DNA of 64,000 bases from an uncultured virus (IMG/VR IMGVR_UViG_3300007538_000001) (IMGVR_UViG_3300007538_000001), one strand, 5' to 3'; counted from the stretch's first letter, positions 45,514 through 55,247 are shown. The notes: generated by a model not told the origin, from the sequence alone. Program-made: numbers and translations.

Positions 45514-47424
45514 CTATTTCACGGGACAGCCACCAATCCCACAAGCACCTAAATCTTCAAAGTCTTCCTCATTAATCACTACGGATTCAATAGGCTTAAC
45601 TCTTGCAATTAAGTACTCATACTGTTCTTTACTAATAGGTTCTTCAGGTAATTGTTTGAAACCTGAAGTGCTTCCTTGAAGTAAGAAACTAAGTGTTTTA
45701 AAATTCTCAGCAAAATTCTCTTCAATGTATTCTTTAAGAGCTGGCAAATCCTCTTTAGTGTAGTATGCTGTTACTGATACAGAGTTATCTGACCAATTTT
45801 TCTGCATAAACTTCACTGTTTCGAGTTGCTCAAATACAGTAAGATCATCAAATGATGGAACACCATCTGGATATTTACAAGGGAATTCTACAATCATACT
45901 AGATCTGTCAAGAGTACCGTCAAAGTTCTCTTTAAATTCTACATGAAATCCATGAGTTTTGCAAACCTCTATTAAAGGTGAGCTTGAGCTTATGGTTATT
46001 CTTCTTATATAATACTGTCCAGCCACTGATGGATGAACTCCTGGTGTTACACCTGCCAATAGTGATAATGTGCCACTTGGTTTTACCGTGGTAAGCTTTA
46101 TACTTACCGGGAATCCCATCGCCTTAGAGTATGTTTTATCATATTCTCTTAAGTACGAGTATCCTGGATCTAACCAACTTAATTGCTCATCTGAAGCCAT
46201 CATCACTCCTGTAATGCCTATACCCATTCTCATGTTATTGTTAACAACTTCTTGAGTTTCTGGGTGATGACACTTTAGAGCTAATGAATGCTTATTAACT
46301 CTATACAGCATTGTTATTACTTTCTTAAACCTTTCATAACTAGTTATGTTAGGCAAATAGACTTCTGCTAGGCAGCAAGTTTCTTTGTCTTCTAAAGACT
46401 GCTCTGCACAAGGATTAAACCCTTCTACTCTCGGATCAGGATATTTATACTCACCAGTTCTACCAACTTTCTTAGATAAAGCTATGTTTATCAATCCGTA
46501 TGGTTCTCCCTGTTGATAAGTATCCCAAAACTCTTGTGGAAGTAACTTTGCGTCATAACAGTCAACAGAGTTATTACTCATTCCTCTCCAGTTTGGAATA
46601 GGACCTAAATCCCATCTCTTAGCTTTTAAGAACTCTAAATCATCATAGTCTCCTATGGCAATCTGAGCTGAGCGTCTAACATTACCTGCTACTACTATGC
46701 TCCCAATGATGTTCATAATATCTAAACAATCAATAGGACGTAATTGCTTACCTCTTCTATTTTGAATCACTTCGGTGATTTTATCAAGACCTTCAACAAG
46801 GATAGTGGGTCCAGAGGCAACCCCTCCAAACCCTTTTATATCCTCACCATAACCCCTAATCAATTGGCAACTATATGTGAAACCTTCTCCTGAGTAAAAG
46901 TGAGCTTTTAATACTTTTCCAAGTAATTTAACCCACCCCTCCCGGGTATCTGGCACTATAAAGTCAGCTTGCTTATCATCAAACCTTTCTATTTTTAACT
47001 TTTTATTAACCACCTTCGGTAGTTTAAATACGTGTTCGCGTTTAATTGAGTATCCTACTCCTGAACCAAGCATCAACATGTCCATTGTCCATGTAAAAGG
47101 CCTGATAGGGTGATCTACAACAGTAAATGCACAGTTCTGTAAACTAGGTAAACCTAATTGATCAACTGTTTTTGTGCCTAACTGCCACATAAAACGTCCT
47201 GCAACAGAACCTTCCATATTGTGTCTCATATCACGATAAAACTCTTTCTCATCTTCTGTGAGATTAAGTTTCAACTGTTTGGAAATTCCGGACAGTTCAC
47301 GCTCTACTCCTTCCGTAAATGTTTCTTTTGTTCCATCTTTTTTTGTTCTAGAATATGTTCTAGCGTGGGTGATGTAGCCTAATGGGCCCCACTTAACTTT
47401 CCTTTCCGTCATTTTCACTTTCAT
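45514..47424 (-). CDS. nrdJ: Class II (adenosylcobalamin-dependent) ribonucleotide reductase, monomeric RTPR type
   Basis: RTYSR, AGR..W, QNC, G.GVG, V.AGNVRRSA, NPCAEQ.L..E.CCL.E, TTVKPSGT.S.L, W.DNSVS.T and C-terminal C..G.CP. Confidence 0.92.
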   Translation of the reverse strand: MKVKMTERKVKWGPLGYITHARTYSRTKKDGTKETFTEGVERELSGISKQLKLNLTEDEKEFYRDMRHNMEGSVAGRFMWQLGTKTVDQLGLPSLQNCAFTVVDHPIRPFTWTMDMLMLGSGVGYSIKREHVFKLPKVVNKKLKIERFDDKQADFIVPDTREGWVKLLGKVLKAHFYSGEGFTYSCQLIRGYGEDIKGFGGVASGPTILVEGLDKITEVIQNRRGKQLRPIDCLDIMNIIGSIVVAGNVRRSAQIAIGDYDDLEFLKAKRWDLGPIPNWRGMSNNSVDCYDAKLLPQEFWDTYQQGEPYGLINIALSKKVGRTGEYKYPDPRVEGFNPCAEQSLEDKETCCLAEVYLPNITSYERFKKVITMLYRVNKHSLALKCHHPETQEVVNNNMRMGIGITGVMMASDEQLSWLDPGYSYLREYDKTYSKAMGFPVSIKLTTVKPSGTLSLLAGVTPGVHPSVAGQYYIRRITISSSSPLIEVCKTHGFHVEFKENFDGTLDRSSMIVEFPCKYPDGVPSFDDLTVFEQLETVKFMQKNWSDNSVSVTAYYTKEDLPALKEYIEENFAENFKTLSFLLQGSTSGFKQLPEEPISKEQYEYLIARVKPIESVVINEEDFEDLGACGIGGCPVK

Positions 47425-47980
47425 TTAAAAACTGTTCAATCTTAAACTTTGTCTCACTGCAAAAGTTTATGAAATTCTCATTATGCATGTCAGGCTTACT
47501 CGATAATTCATCATTTGGGTCAATCTTGACACCTAATGCTTCATTCATCTTTATTCTTAAACCTTCATCTCTAGCGAGTATTTTCATAATTTTAGAGCCA
47601 TTACTAGCTCCTTTCCTTTTTAAAAAGTCATCTATTGCAGCCTTATGTTCATCACTGAACATACTATATTTTCCATTAACAAACAATGTTCTAGCATCTT
47701 TCATATTTTTAGATAATCTGAACTTATAAAGTACCAAACTATCATAGTCTTCATGACCAACATAAAGATGATTTTCCATTAACTGTTTCTCCCAAGCTGT
47801 GTATTGTGGATTTGCACTCCATTCATACAGCACACAAAATTCATCTTCATCACCATTACTTAAATAAGAATTTCTTAATAAGTGAATGTATTTAAAGTGA
47901 ACTTGTGAGTCAACTAAGGGTAGAAAATATGTAAGACTCTTGTTAAGAATGATTTCGATTTTGTTCTTTCGTACTTTCAT
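47393..47980 (-). CDS. Conserved crAss-like hypothetical protein
   Basis: NKS.T..LP N-terminus, with GKYS.FS and ELSSKP segments. Confidence 0.65.
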   Translation of the reverse strand: MKVRKNKIEIILNKSLTYFLPLVDSQVHFKYIHLLRNSYLSNGDEDEFCVLYEWSANPQYTAWEKQLMENHLYVGHEDYDSLVLYKFRLSKNMKDARTLFVNGKYSMFSDEHKAAIDDFLKRKGASNGSKIMKILARDEGLRIKMNEALGVKIDPNDELSSKPDMHNENFINFCSETKFKIEQFLNESENDGKES

Positions 47981-49061
47981 TGTTTACTATTCCGTCTAAC
48001 ATTATTCTTCCTTCATTTTCATAAACCTCTTGCAGGTACTCACAATATCTGCCTTCTTTGCAGTTATAGTAATCATCTAACAAGTCTCCAACTCCTCTGT
48101 GTACATACCCGAAAACATCTGTAAATCCATTCATTGCATGGAAGTGTAGTTCCTCAGGCATAACCCAAACGACAGGTTTATATGGATTCATTTTTGAGAT
48201 ATAAAGAAACTCAAAGTCTTCTACTGTATATCCTTTTAAGTCAGGGTCATTAGCCACAATATTCATTAAGGCCTCTTTGTAGAGCGCTCCTTGAATGTAA
48301 TATTTATGAATAAGTATAACTTCATTGAATTTTTCAGCAGGAGATTCTCCTGTCTTTAAATCTACTGGATAAATTTTCTTTTCATTGTGATCTATCCTAA
48401 CACAATCTAACATTCCTTTGCACTTCAACCCTCTAACTTCAGCAATGAATTTATATTGATATATAAGTTCAATACCTTGTTGAGTTTGATCAAAATATTT
48501 CGAAGAAAAATCATGAGTGATAAGAGTCTGAGCTGTTTCATAGGCTAAAGCCCACATCTCAGGTTTAATTAATATCTTACCTCTTGCATTTAATCTATCT
48601 TTAAAATATTCTTGTCCGGCCTCTTTAACAGTTTGTATCTTCTTAGATGTTGTGTAACTTTTATACACACCTAAACTGTCAGCTATGTCACATATCTGTT
48701 GATGATAATCATCTAGATTATCAGTAACAGTTTGTGCTCTTTTTCCACCTAGCAATCCTTGCGTATTATTAACTGAGCCAATTGGCGCGTCAATAGTCTC
48801 TAATAATGCATCAATTATATTCTTTACATTAGTAGTAGGATTTTTAGGGCTATCTCCAGCGTAATATTTAGAAGACAACGTTAGTGGTTCGAAACACATG
48901 TCATCTACTAAGCTACCGAATTTGAGTACAAATCCTCCCGTCTTAATGCCATTAACTACATCCACACCATGTTTAGATATGGAAGCAATCATACTATAAG
49001 ATGGCAATTCTAAATCTCTATATTCCTCAATAGGAATATTTAAATCATGATCTTGTATCAT
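47943..49061 (-). CDS. PD-(D/E)XK exonuclease (RecE/ExoVIII-like)
   Basis: YR....SYS, FGS.VD, KGMLD...ID...K.I...DLKT and Y..Q..LY motifs. Confidence 0.82.
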   Translation of the reverse strand: MIQDHDLNIPIEEYRDLELPSYSMIASISKHGVDVVNGIKTGGFVLKFGSLVDDMCFEPLTLSSKYYAGDSPKNPTTNVKNIIDALLETIDAPIGSVNNTQGLLGGKRAQTVTDNLDDYHQQICDIADSLGVYKSYTTSKKIQTVKEAGQEYFKDRLNARGKILIKPEMWALAYETAQTLITHDFSSKYFDQTQQGIELIYQYKFIAEVRGLKCKGMLDCVRIDHNEKKIYPVDLKTGESPAEKFNEVILIHKYYIQGALYKEALMNIVANDPDLKGYTVEDFEFLYISKMNPYKPVVWVMPEELHFHAMNGFTDVFGYVHRGVGDLLDDYYNCKEGRYCEYLQEVYENEGRIMLDGIVNNESTKEQNRNHS

Positions 49062-49317
49062 TTTCCTCTATATATTGCGTGACTGCATTATCAAAATTTC
49101 TACAATGTTTGTAGTGATCAAATAACACAAAATCACAGTCTCCTTTAAAAACGCTATCAAGAACTTCTTCTTGAGATAATTCTAACTCTTTTTCTGAAAG
49201 TCTTAAAACCTTCTTCCATTCAAGATAAGAATCCTCATCTATTAAATTAATAACGTCTGGCAATAAGTCTTTCTTAAAAACTTTCACTGCCAATCTTTTT
49301 ACTTGTAATTTATCCAT
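49045..49317 (-). CDS. Hypothetical protein
   Basis: 90-aa ORF coupled to its neighbours. Confidence 0.65.
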   Translation of the reverse strand: MDKLQVKRLAVKVFKKDLLPDVINLIDEDSYLEWKKVLRLSEKELELSQEEVLDSVFKGDCDFVLFDHYKHCRNFDNAVTQYIEENDTRS

Positions 49318-49781
49318 TAGAATATTTTTATATAGACTCCGGGATTCTCTTTATCAACAGAATACCATTCGTCAGTTAAATTATGGATATTTGGTAGTTC
49401 ACCCTTTCTGTTCATCGGAACAGGAATAACATATTTAACATTATCATCTTCTATAAATCCGTGAGCAGTCATTAAATCCTGTATAATCTCTACGCTATTG
49501 CTAAAATCAAATAATCTTTTACTATTCCTTACTTGGTGATATCCAATCACCAATGGGTTAGCTTTACCTTTTTTCATTGCCTCAAACTGAGGTCTTAATG
49601 CTTCAAACAGATTAGGTTTATTAGGATCTACGTATCCTTTCACAATCTTCTTACTAGAAGAAAATGATTGAATACCTAAAGCTCTAATATACTTATTAAC
49701 TGTCTTGGAGGAAAATATTCCTCTTGAAGTCTTTACCTTACTATTTTTTAAGCTTGGAACATTTCCTTTTATAAATATCAT
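49317..49781 (-). CDS. RusA-like Holliday junction resolvase
   Basis: I.GNVPS.KNS, R...FD..N....IQD.....G.I.DDN and D.ENP.V.I. The ORF-track extension to 50000 looks spurious; the start is 49781, or 49813 via an A-run frameshift. Confidence 0.75.
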   Translation of the reverse strand: MIFIKGNVPSLKNSKVKTSRGIFSSKTVNKYIRALGIQSFSSSKKIVKGYVDPNKPNLFEALRPQFEAMKKGKANPLVIGYHQVRNSKRLFDFSNSVEIIQDLMTAHGFIEDDNVKYVIPVPMNRKGELPNIHNLTDEWYSVDKENPGVYIKIF

Positions 49782-49809
49782 ATCTTGAAATTCTTTTGCT
49801 TTTTTTTTG

Positions 49810-49945
49810 TCATATGTCAATTTTTTTGAGAAAATTAATTGTTTCTTTATCTGTAAAATTATTTTTACAAAAATTATACATTTGAGCAACAATTTGAATA
49901 TTGTCATCAGTATACCCTTTGTTATTATTAATTCTGTCTTTTCAT
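49810..49945 (-). pseudogene. Internally deleted HNH endonuclease remnant
   Basis: Hidden frame 49938-49810 reads DRINNNKGYTDDNIQIVAQMYNFCKNNFTDKETINFLKKIDI*, matching the C-terminus of the HNH at 44900. An out-of-frame ATG lies at 49945. Confidence 0.8.
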
Positions 49946-49970
49946 TATATTTTGGTTTTATTCCTGATTT

Positions 49971-50000
49971 TAAATATACTAAAAACCAGGAATAATCCAA
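49971..50000 (-). promoter_or_regulatory. Promoter TTG-N19-TATATTTA inside an inverted repeat
   Basis: Minus strand TTG (50000-49998) and TATATTTA (49978-49971). Flanking arms are TTATTCCTG / CAGGAATAA. Confidence 0.5.
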
Positions 50001-50027
50001 ATATAAGTGTCATTAAAACTTAATATA

Positions 50028-51488
50028 CTATTTAGTTACATAATCGAACCTATTTGCGCCACTATTATATGTAACACATTGTCTCATGCCTTTATAGGTC
50101 TTGAAGGCTCCTTCGCCACCCCAGCCTGAGAAATTTGTTCCACCAACGCCAACCCAGAATATATTCTTGAGGTAATTCTCAACAGAGTCTTCTCCATCAG
50201 TAATTACAACAGAATTCCTTCCGTTAGATGCGCATTGTTTAGTGACATTGTTAAAGTTAGTACCACCAGATCTATCAAAGCCTAAAATGGTAAACTCATT
50301 GATGTTCTTGATCTCATAAATTTTAGTATCAAAGAAATACAACTTGTCTATCATATTCATACGATATAGAACCATAGCAATTCCTTTAACTAGGTCAATC
50401 ATTCTAATATTAGTTCCTTCAAAGTTCTCGTGAGAGCCCATTGAACCTGAGCAATCTAAATATAAATCTAGTTTGCCCTTGTAAATCCTAGTTGCATTAC
50501 CAGGTGAAAGAAGCTCAGCGTTTCTGAATATTGGATGTAGAAATTCTAATCCAAATATATCATCAAACTGCTCTGCTTCAAACAAGGTTTCCTCAACGGT
50601 GTGGAACTTTTGTGAAAAGTAATTTTGAGACTCATCTAGAATCTTAACAAGTACCTGCTTTATGCTTTCTTTGTTAATTGCAACTCTATCTAAGGCTCCT
50701 TTAATCTTCTCAATGCTATTTAAGAAATCAGCATCATTCTCTGCTAAATCAGCTAAAGCAGCTTCTCCTAACTTCTCTGTAAGATCTTTCATAATCTTAT
50801 CAGCGTTATTCATAGCTTGCTCTAATTGTTGCTCATTTTGTGCTTTGTCTAATACTTTATCTGCAATATCATCTAGGTCTCCATGCTTACCTTTACCGTG
50901 ATCTTTCGAAGCGCCTTTGCCACCAGGTTGTTTACCCTGACCATCCTCATCTCCTTCACCATCACCAGGTTCGCCTATACCTTGTCCACCTTCGCCGTCT
51001 TCATCATCATCACCATCAAATGGAGAACCTCCGCCACCTTGGCCGTTCTTTTCCATTTCTTCTTGAAGTTCTCTCTCAATCCTTTGCATATACATAGCAA
51101 GCTCTCGAGTTAAAACTTGTGAGAATAACGGTGAATCTTCTGTTACAACTTTGGTTAAAGAATTATAAACTTTATCAATTACCTTTTGCTTAATAGCATT
51201 GGTTCTGTCAACAGGCTTTCTCTTAACATCCTTATTAACGTACATTGAATATACATCATTAATCATGTGTTGAGGAAGAGTACACTCTTCTCCTGTCTTT
51301 TCAGTTACATAATCCTTGATCTTAGTAAGCCTGCGCTCTTCCCAGCTTGTTACGCCAGGAAGAATTACATGCTTATCTTTTTTCACGCCTAAGAAACCAC
51401 TACCAGCTGAGTTCCATTGTCCATATGGATCCCACTCTGGAGCGTGAAATTTCTCACCACTGTCTTTTCTTTTGCTGAATAAACTCAT
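50028..51488 (-). CDS. vWA (MIDAS) domain protein, partner of the MoxR ATPase
   Basis: DCSGSM, GGT and ITDG motifs; acidic Gly-rich linker. Confidence 0.88.
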   Translation of the reverse strand: MSLFSKRKDSGEKFHAPEWDPYGQWNSAGSGFLGVKKDKHVILPGVTSWEERRLTKIKDYVTEKTGEECTLPQHMINDVYSMYVNKDVKRKPVDRTNAIKQKVIDKVYNSLTKVVTEDSPLFSQVLTRELAMYMQRIERELQEEMEKNGQGGGGSPFDGDDDEDGEGGQGIGEPGDGEGDEDGQGKQPGGKGASKDHGKGKHGDLDDIADKVLDKAQNEQQLEQAMNNADKIMKDLTEKLGEAALADLAENDADFLNSIEKIKGALDRVAINKESIKQVLVKILDESQNYFSQKFHTVEETLFEAEQFDDIFGLEFLHPIFRNAELLSPGNATRIYKGKLDLYLDCSGSMGSHENFEGTNIRMIDLVKGIAMVLYRMNMIDKLYFFDTKIYEIKNINEFTILGFDRSGGTNFNNVTKQCASNGRNSVVITDGEDSVENYLKNIFWVGVGGTNFSGWGGEGAFKTYKGMRQCVTYNSGANRFDYVTK

Positions 51489-51489
51489 A

Positions 51490-52539
51490 TTATATGTCTT
51501 CAGCCATTGCAGTTAACACATCTTCCTCTTTCTTAAGGAATTCAAGTTTATCCTCTTGCTCATCAACTCTGTTCTTGATGTCTTCAACATCGTCTTGAGT
51601 TAATTTACCAGCTTTAAATTGTTGCTCACAAAGAGCTTCAACCTTATCGAACTGTTGTGAATAAGCATCCATTGAGATACATTGACCAATTCCATCAATT
51701 GCATCATAAATAGCACGAAGCTCTTTAGATACTAATGATTTAGAAATAGTTTTTGCAGCTGCTTTATCTACTAATAATTCAACAGTTTTAACAATTGCTC
51801 TGTCTTCATTGTAATTCCACACAACCATTACATTTTTAATGATTGTAGGTAAGAATGATAAACTTCTATCAGACAAGTTAGAATAGATTAAATCTATAAC
51901 TTTCTTAAGTTTGATAGGATCAATTGTTATTGCATCAAGATCAGCCTGCTCAGGAAGCGTGATATTATGATTTTGATCAAATGTTTTACCACCTTTAGCA
52001 TAGTAGTCAAGAATATCAGCTTGACGTAATCTATTAACGTGAAACGTTACTAAGAATCTATCCCAAAACGGTGACCCAATTTCATCATCAGGTATTTTGT
52101 TACAAGTTGCAACAAATGCTTTCCATTGACATGGAACTTTTTCAGATCCATTAAAAAGGATCTTCTCATTCATTACACCTAATAAACTGTTTCTCAATGA
52201 AGCTGACGCTTTGTCAATCTCATTAATAACAACAAATTTTGCTCCTGTAATAGGAGAATCTACTCGATATTTCTGATTTAAAGTTAATTCCTCTAAATCA
52301 ATGTTTCCTTTGATGGCATTACTCCTGGTACCTTCATCAGTTTCCAATAAGAATAAATCCGCATCATCTAGCTGGCCATTACCAGCAGCTTTAGCGTAAT
52401 CAATTACAGCTGCTGTTTTAGCAACTCCCGGAGGGCCAATTAATAGGATTGGCGTTCCAACGGCCTCTCCTAAAGCCATTATTCTAAATGTTTCTAACTT
52501 TTTCAATAAGTTAGTGTTGATTGTTCTCTTAATACTCAT
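51490..52539 (-). CDS. MoxR/RavA-like AAA+ ATPase
   Basis: GPPGVAKT Walker A, INEIDKA...RNSLL..MNE, TCN and FWDRF. Confidence 0.9.
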   Translation of the reverse strand: MSIKRTINTNLLKKLETFRIMALGEAVGTPILLIGPPGVAKTAAVIDYAKAAGNGQLDDADLFLLETDEGTRSNAIKGNIDLEELTLNQKYRVDSPITGAKFVVINEIDKASASLRNSLLGVMNEKILFNGSEKVPCQWKAFVATCNKIPDDEIGSPFWDRFLVTFHVNRLRQADILDYYAKGGKTFDQNHNITLPEQADLDAITIDPIKLKKVIDLIYSNLSDRSLSFLPTIIKNVMVVWNYNEDRAIVKTVELLVDKAAAKTISKSLVSKELRAIYDAIDGIGQCISMDAYSQQFDKVEALCEQQFKAGKLTQDDVEDIKNRVDEQEDKLEFLKKEEDVLTAMAEDI

Positions 52540-52558
52540 CGTTTTCTTAATTTTAATT

Positions 52559-53605
52559 TTAATTTTTATCTGCTTTTAGAATCATAGTCTTGATTAGATT
52601 CTTTGTTATTTCTGCACCAAACTTTTCTCTAAAATCAGAGATATCCTTAGTACCCTTTGTTTCGGGTATTTCCAACTGAATTAGACCATGTTCATCACAT
52701 AGTTTCTTTCCTGCTATTCTTCCCCAGTTTTGTTCCTTGTCGTAATCGTTGTCATACAACACATATATTTTCTCAAACCTAAGTTTAAGCTCATCCACCA
52801 CACTTTCTTTTGCGTTTGTTTTTTCACTTTGTAGTGCACATGAGGTTAATAACTCTCCTGGATATAATGTCTTAATAACTCCTGCGTCTTTTCTACTACT
52901 TGTTATAATTAGGCGCTTTCCTTTATCAGGTAGTTGCGTCCATAATTCCCATGTTGAAAAGTCATTATTATTAATCCATTTCCACTCTCTATTGAGAGGT
53001 TGATAAATTTTAAATGTTTGTAAGCCATCTTTTTCTTCAATGAAAGCATAAGCTAGATCATCTGCTGACCTGCAATAGCTATTAAGGAAGTAGTGTGATA
53101 TAGGATAAATACCTAGATGCTCTAGTTGAGCAATTGTAAATCCATATTTATCAAACCAGTACCTCTTATCTTTCATCTTCCAAGGTCTCGCTTTTACTTG
53201 AATGTCTACTCTATCTTTTTTGACATCTTTGGTTTTATTATTATCAGAGACAAATGATTGTAATATCCTTCTTGAATGTACTTCTTTTGTTTCAAACTGT
53301 GTTAATCCGAAATCATCCGCTATTCTTGAAAATACATCTGTAATTTTACTATAACCTAATAGTCTCATGACAAATACAAAACAATCTCCTGTATCACCTG
53401 TGGCAAAATCTTTAAAGAATATTCTCTGATGTTTATCGGAATAGAATAAGCTAAAAGATGGAACCTTGTCTTGTCTTAAAGGACTACTTATTGGCCTATT
53501 TGGTAAGCCGCCAAGGTAGAATTCAAATATCTGGGAATCTGTAATGCACTCAAGAATGTCTTTTTGATTTGGGAGTTTCTTGTGTTCGTGATTTTTAAAA
53601 CCCAT
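52559..53605 (-). CDS. DNA primase (DnaG-like Toprim)
   Basis: Start MGFKN at ATG 53605. SPLR.D..PSF, FKDF..G..GD.F, IITSS.KD, YDND...G and KDISD motifs. Confidence 0.88.
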   Translation of the reverse strand: MGFKNHEHKKLPNQKDILECITDSQIFEFYLGGLPNRPISSPLRQDKVPSFSLFYSDKHQRIFFKDFATGDTGDCFVFVMRLLGYSKITDVFSRIADDFGLTQFETKEVHSRRILQSFVSDNNKTKDVKKDRVDIQVKARPWKMKDKRYWFDKYGFTIAQLEHLGIYPISHYFLNSYCRSADDLAYAFIEEKDGLQTFKIYQPLNREWKWINNNDFSTWELWTQLPDKGKRLIITSSRKDAGVIKTLYPGELLTSCALQSEKTNAKESVVDELKLRFEKIYVLYDNDYDKEQNWGRIAGKKLCDEHGLIQLEIPETKGTKDISDFREKFGAEITKNLIKTMILKADKN

Positions 53606-53626
53606 AAATTTGACTTTTTTAGTTAG

Positions 53627-53648
53627 AAAAGGGGATGCGAACATCCCC
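53627..53648 (-). terminator. Intrinsic terminator after the SSB-like gene
   Basis: Minus strand GGGGATG-TTCG-CATCCCC-TTTT. Confidence 0.8.
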
Positions 53649-53676
53649 TCTAATAACATGATTAATTAATTAAATA

Positions 53677-54591
53677 CTATCCATTTAACCAATCATCATC
53701 AGCGCTACTTACAGGCTCTGCTGAAAAAGCATCGTCTGCTCCTGGAGCGTTATCTAATGATAATTGTGTTGGAGTAATAGTGTACTCACGAAGAGTTAAG
53801 TCATCTGGACCAAACTCAACGTTACCAAATGCACCATTAGCTTTAGCATCATTGATATCTTTCAATACCCATTTAAACTTGTCAGCTTTCTTACTGTGTA
53901 AGCTATACTGACGTAAAGTTTTTCTGCTAAAGATGGTTTGCATTTGTCCACCATCTGCTTTGGTTTTAACACCAAGCACAACACCAATTTTATTATTGGT
54001 AGAAGCTATAACATCACGGAAGATTTTAACATCTCCTGAGAAAATAGCTTTCCATTCCTCTTTGCTAATTTTAGCATAAGCATCAGACTTGTCATCAACT
54101 TTACTCAAATCGAAAGGTAAGTTTAGTAAATTAACTAAAAAGTCAATTACTTCTTCCTCTCCTCTTTTCGCAACTTTAACTCCTTGCATTGAATACCATT
54201 GCATATTAGCTGGAGCATCGCCAGAGGCAACATCCTCTTTGGTCAACCAAGTGGTGCGTCCGTAATCATTGATTACTTTAACTTTACCAGTTTGTGACTT
54301 GTGATGCGTATCAGCAACATAAAATGAAGCTTTAGTGTTAATAGGATTATTAACATCTTCATTTGTTAGATAAAAATCTAATCTTATTTGATTAACTTCT
54401 CTCTCTCCATCTCCATCAGACACTGTTGTAGTGCCTGTGTACTCAGGGTCATAATTTAACTCACGCCCATAAATAACTTCTAACTCTGCTTTCGAAGGGT
54501 TAACAGCTACTACTTTGAAATTCTCAACTCCAGTAAAAAGCTTTCTAGCTCCACCTTCACTAATTTCTTGTCCTTTTCCGAAATTACTCAT
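53677..54591 (-). CDS. Putative single-stranded DNA-binding protein (crAss-type)
   Basis: K.FTGV....V.AVNP.K.EL, S.TGK...IN..G.T.W and R.GEE....F segments. Acidic tail ending DDDWLNG; located between the ATPase and primase genes. Confidence 0.65.
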   Translation of the reverse strand: MSNFGKGQEISEGGARKLFTGVENFKVVAVNPSKAELEVIYGRELNYDPEYTGTTTVSDGDGEREVNQIRLDFYLTNEDVNNPINTKASFYVADTHHKSQTGKVKVINDYGRTTWLTKEDVASGDAPANMQWYSMQGVKVAKRGEEEVIDFLVNLLNLPFDLSKVDDKSDAYAKISKEEWKAIFSGDVKIFRDVIASTNNKIGVVLGVKTKADGGQMQTIFSRKTLRQYSLHSKKADKFKWVLKDINDAKANGAFGNVEFGPDDLTLREYTITPTQLSLDNAPGADDAFSAEPVSSADDDWLNG

Positions 54592-54631
54592 AAAATTCTT
54601 TTATTATTATTTATTATTTACTTCTGAACAA

Positions 54632-55231
54632 TTACTCTACAACTGGTTCAGATTCAGTTCTTCTCAAAAATGACATATCAACTTCATTTTCAGTTTCTTC
54701 TACTACTTCTGCTACGTCTGCAACAGTATCAGTAACAGTTTCTTTAACTGGAACATCAACTGGAACAAATTTAAATGTATCAGAAGGTAAACCTCCATCA
54801 ACATCAAATGGTTGTAAAGCATATTCAACTTCTGTGTCCTCATCTAAATCAAGAAATGAAATCATTTCTTTAGTCAAGGCGGCTGAAGATATAGCTTTAC
54901 CTTTCTCTTTTGTGTTATCAAAAGATACTGGATTCTTTGACGTCTTGTAAGTTGTCAAATCTTCAATGTTTGCTAAGTTGTTAGCGTTAGCAATTAAAAT
55001 AGCTCTATTGCCATTTTCATCAGCATCAATAGTTCCGAATACAATTTCTTGTACGCTACCTTTCTCAAGATTCATCTGCTCCATTGCAGTTCTATTGAAA
55101 AGGATTCTTCTGGTTCTACCTTTACCTCTGTCACCTTCAAGAGTCACTACTGCTCTATCTGTGTACTTTTGGAAGCTTTCATAAGCTCCATCTACTTTTC
55201 CTAATTTCTTAGTTCCGAATACTATATTCAT
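54632..55231 (-). CDS. Hypothetical protein with an acidic C-terminus
   Basis: 199-aa ORF in the replication operon. Confidence 0.65.
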   Translation of the reverse strand: MNIVFGTKKLGKVDGAYESFQKYTDRAVVTLEGDRGKGRTRRILFNRTAMEQMNLEKGSVQEIVFGTIDADENGNRAILIANANNLANIEDLTTYKTSKNPVSFDNTKEKGKAISSAALTKEMISFLDLDEDTEVEYALQPFDVDGGLPSDTFKFVPVDVPVKETVTDTVADVAEVVEETENEVDMSFLRRTESEPVVE

Positions 55232-55247
55232 TTGTTTATTCTATTTT

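Noticed and set aside
44863..45519. GGCCTATTT on both sides of the HNH gene as a target-site duplication or group I intron boundary
   Set aside because: nrdJ is complete with its C-terminal cysteines, one copy lies within a terminator hairpin, and there is no room for an intron core.
49782..50000. 73-aa N-terminal extension of the resolvase in the ORF track
   Set aside because: It overlaps a promoter and an HNH remnant in another frame, so it is likely a chance open frame.
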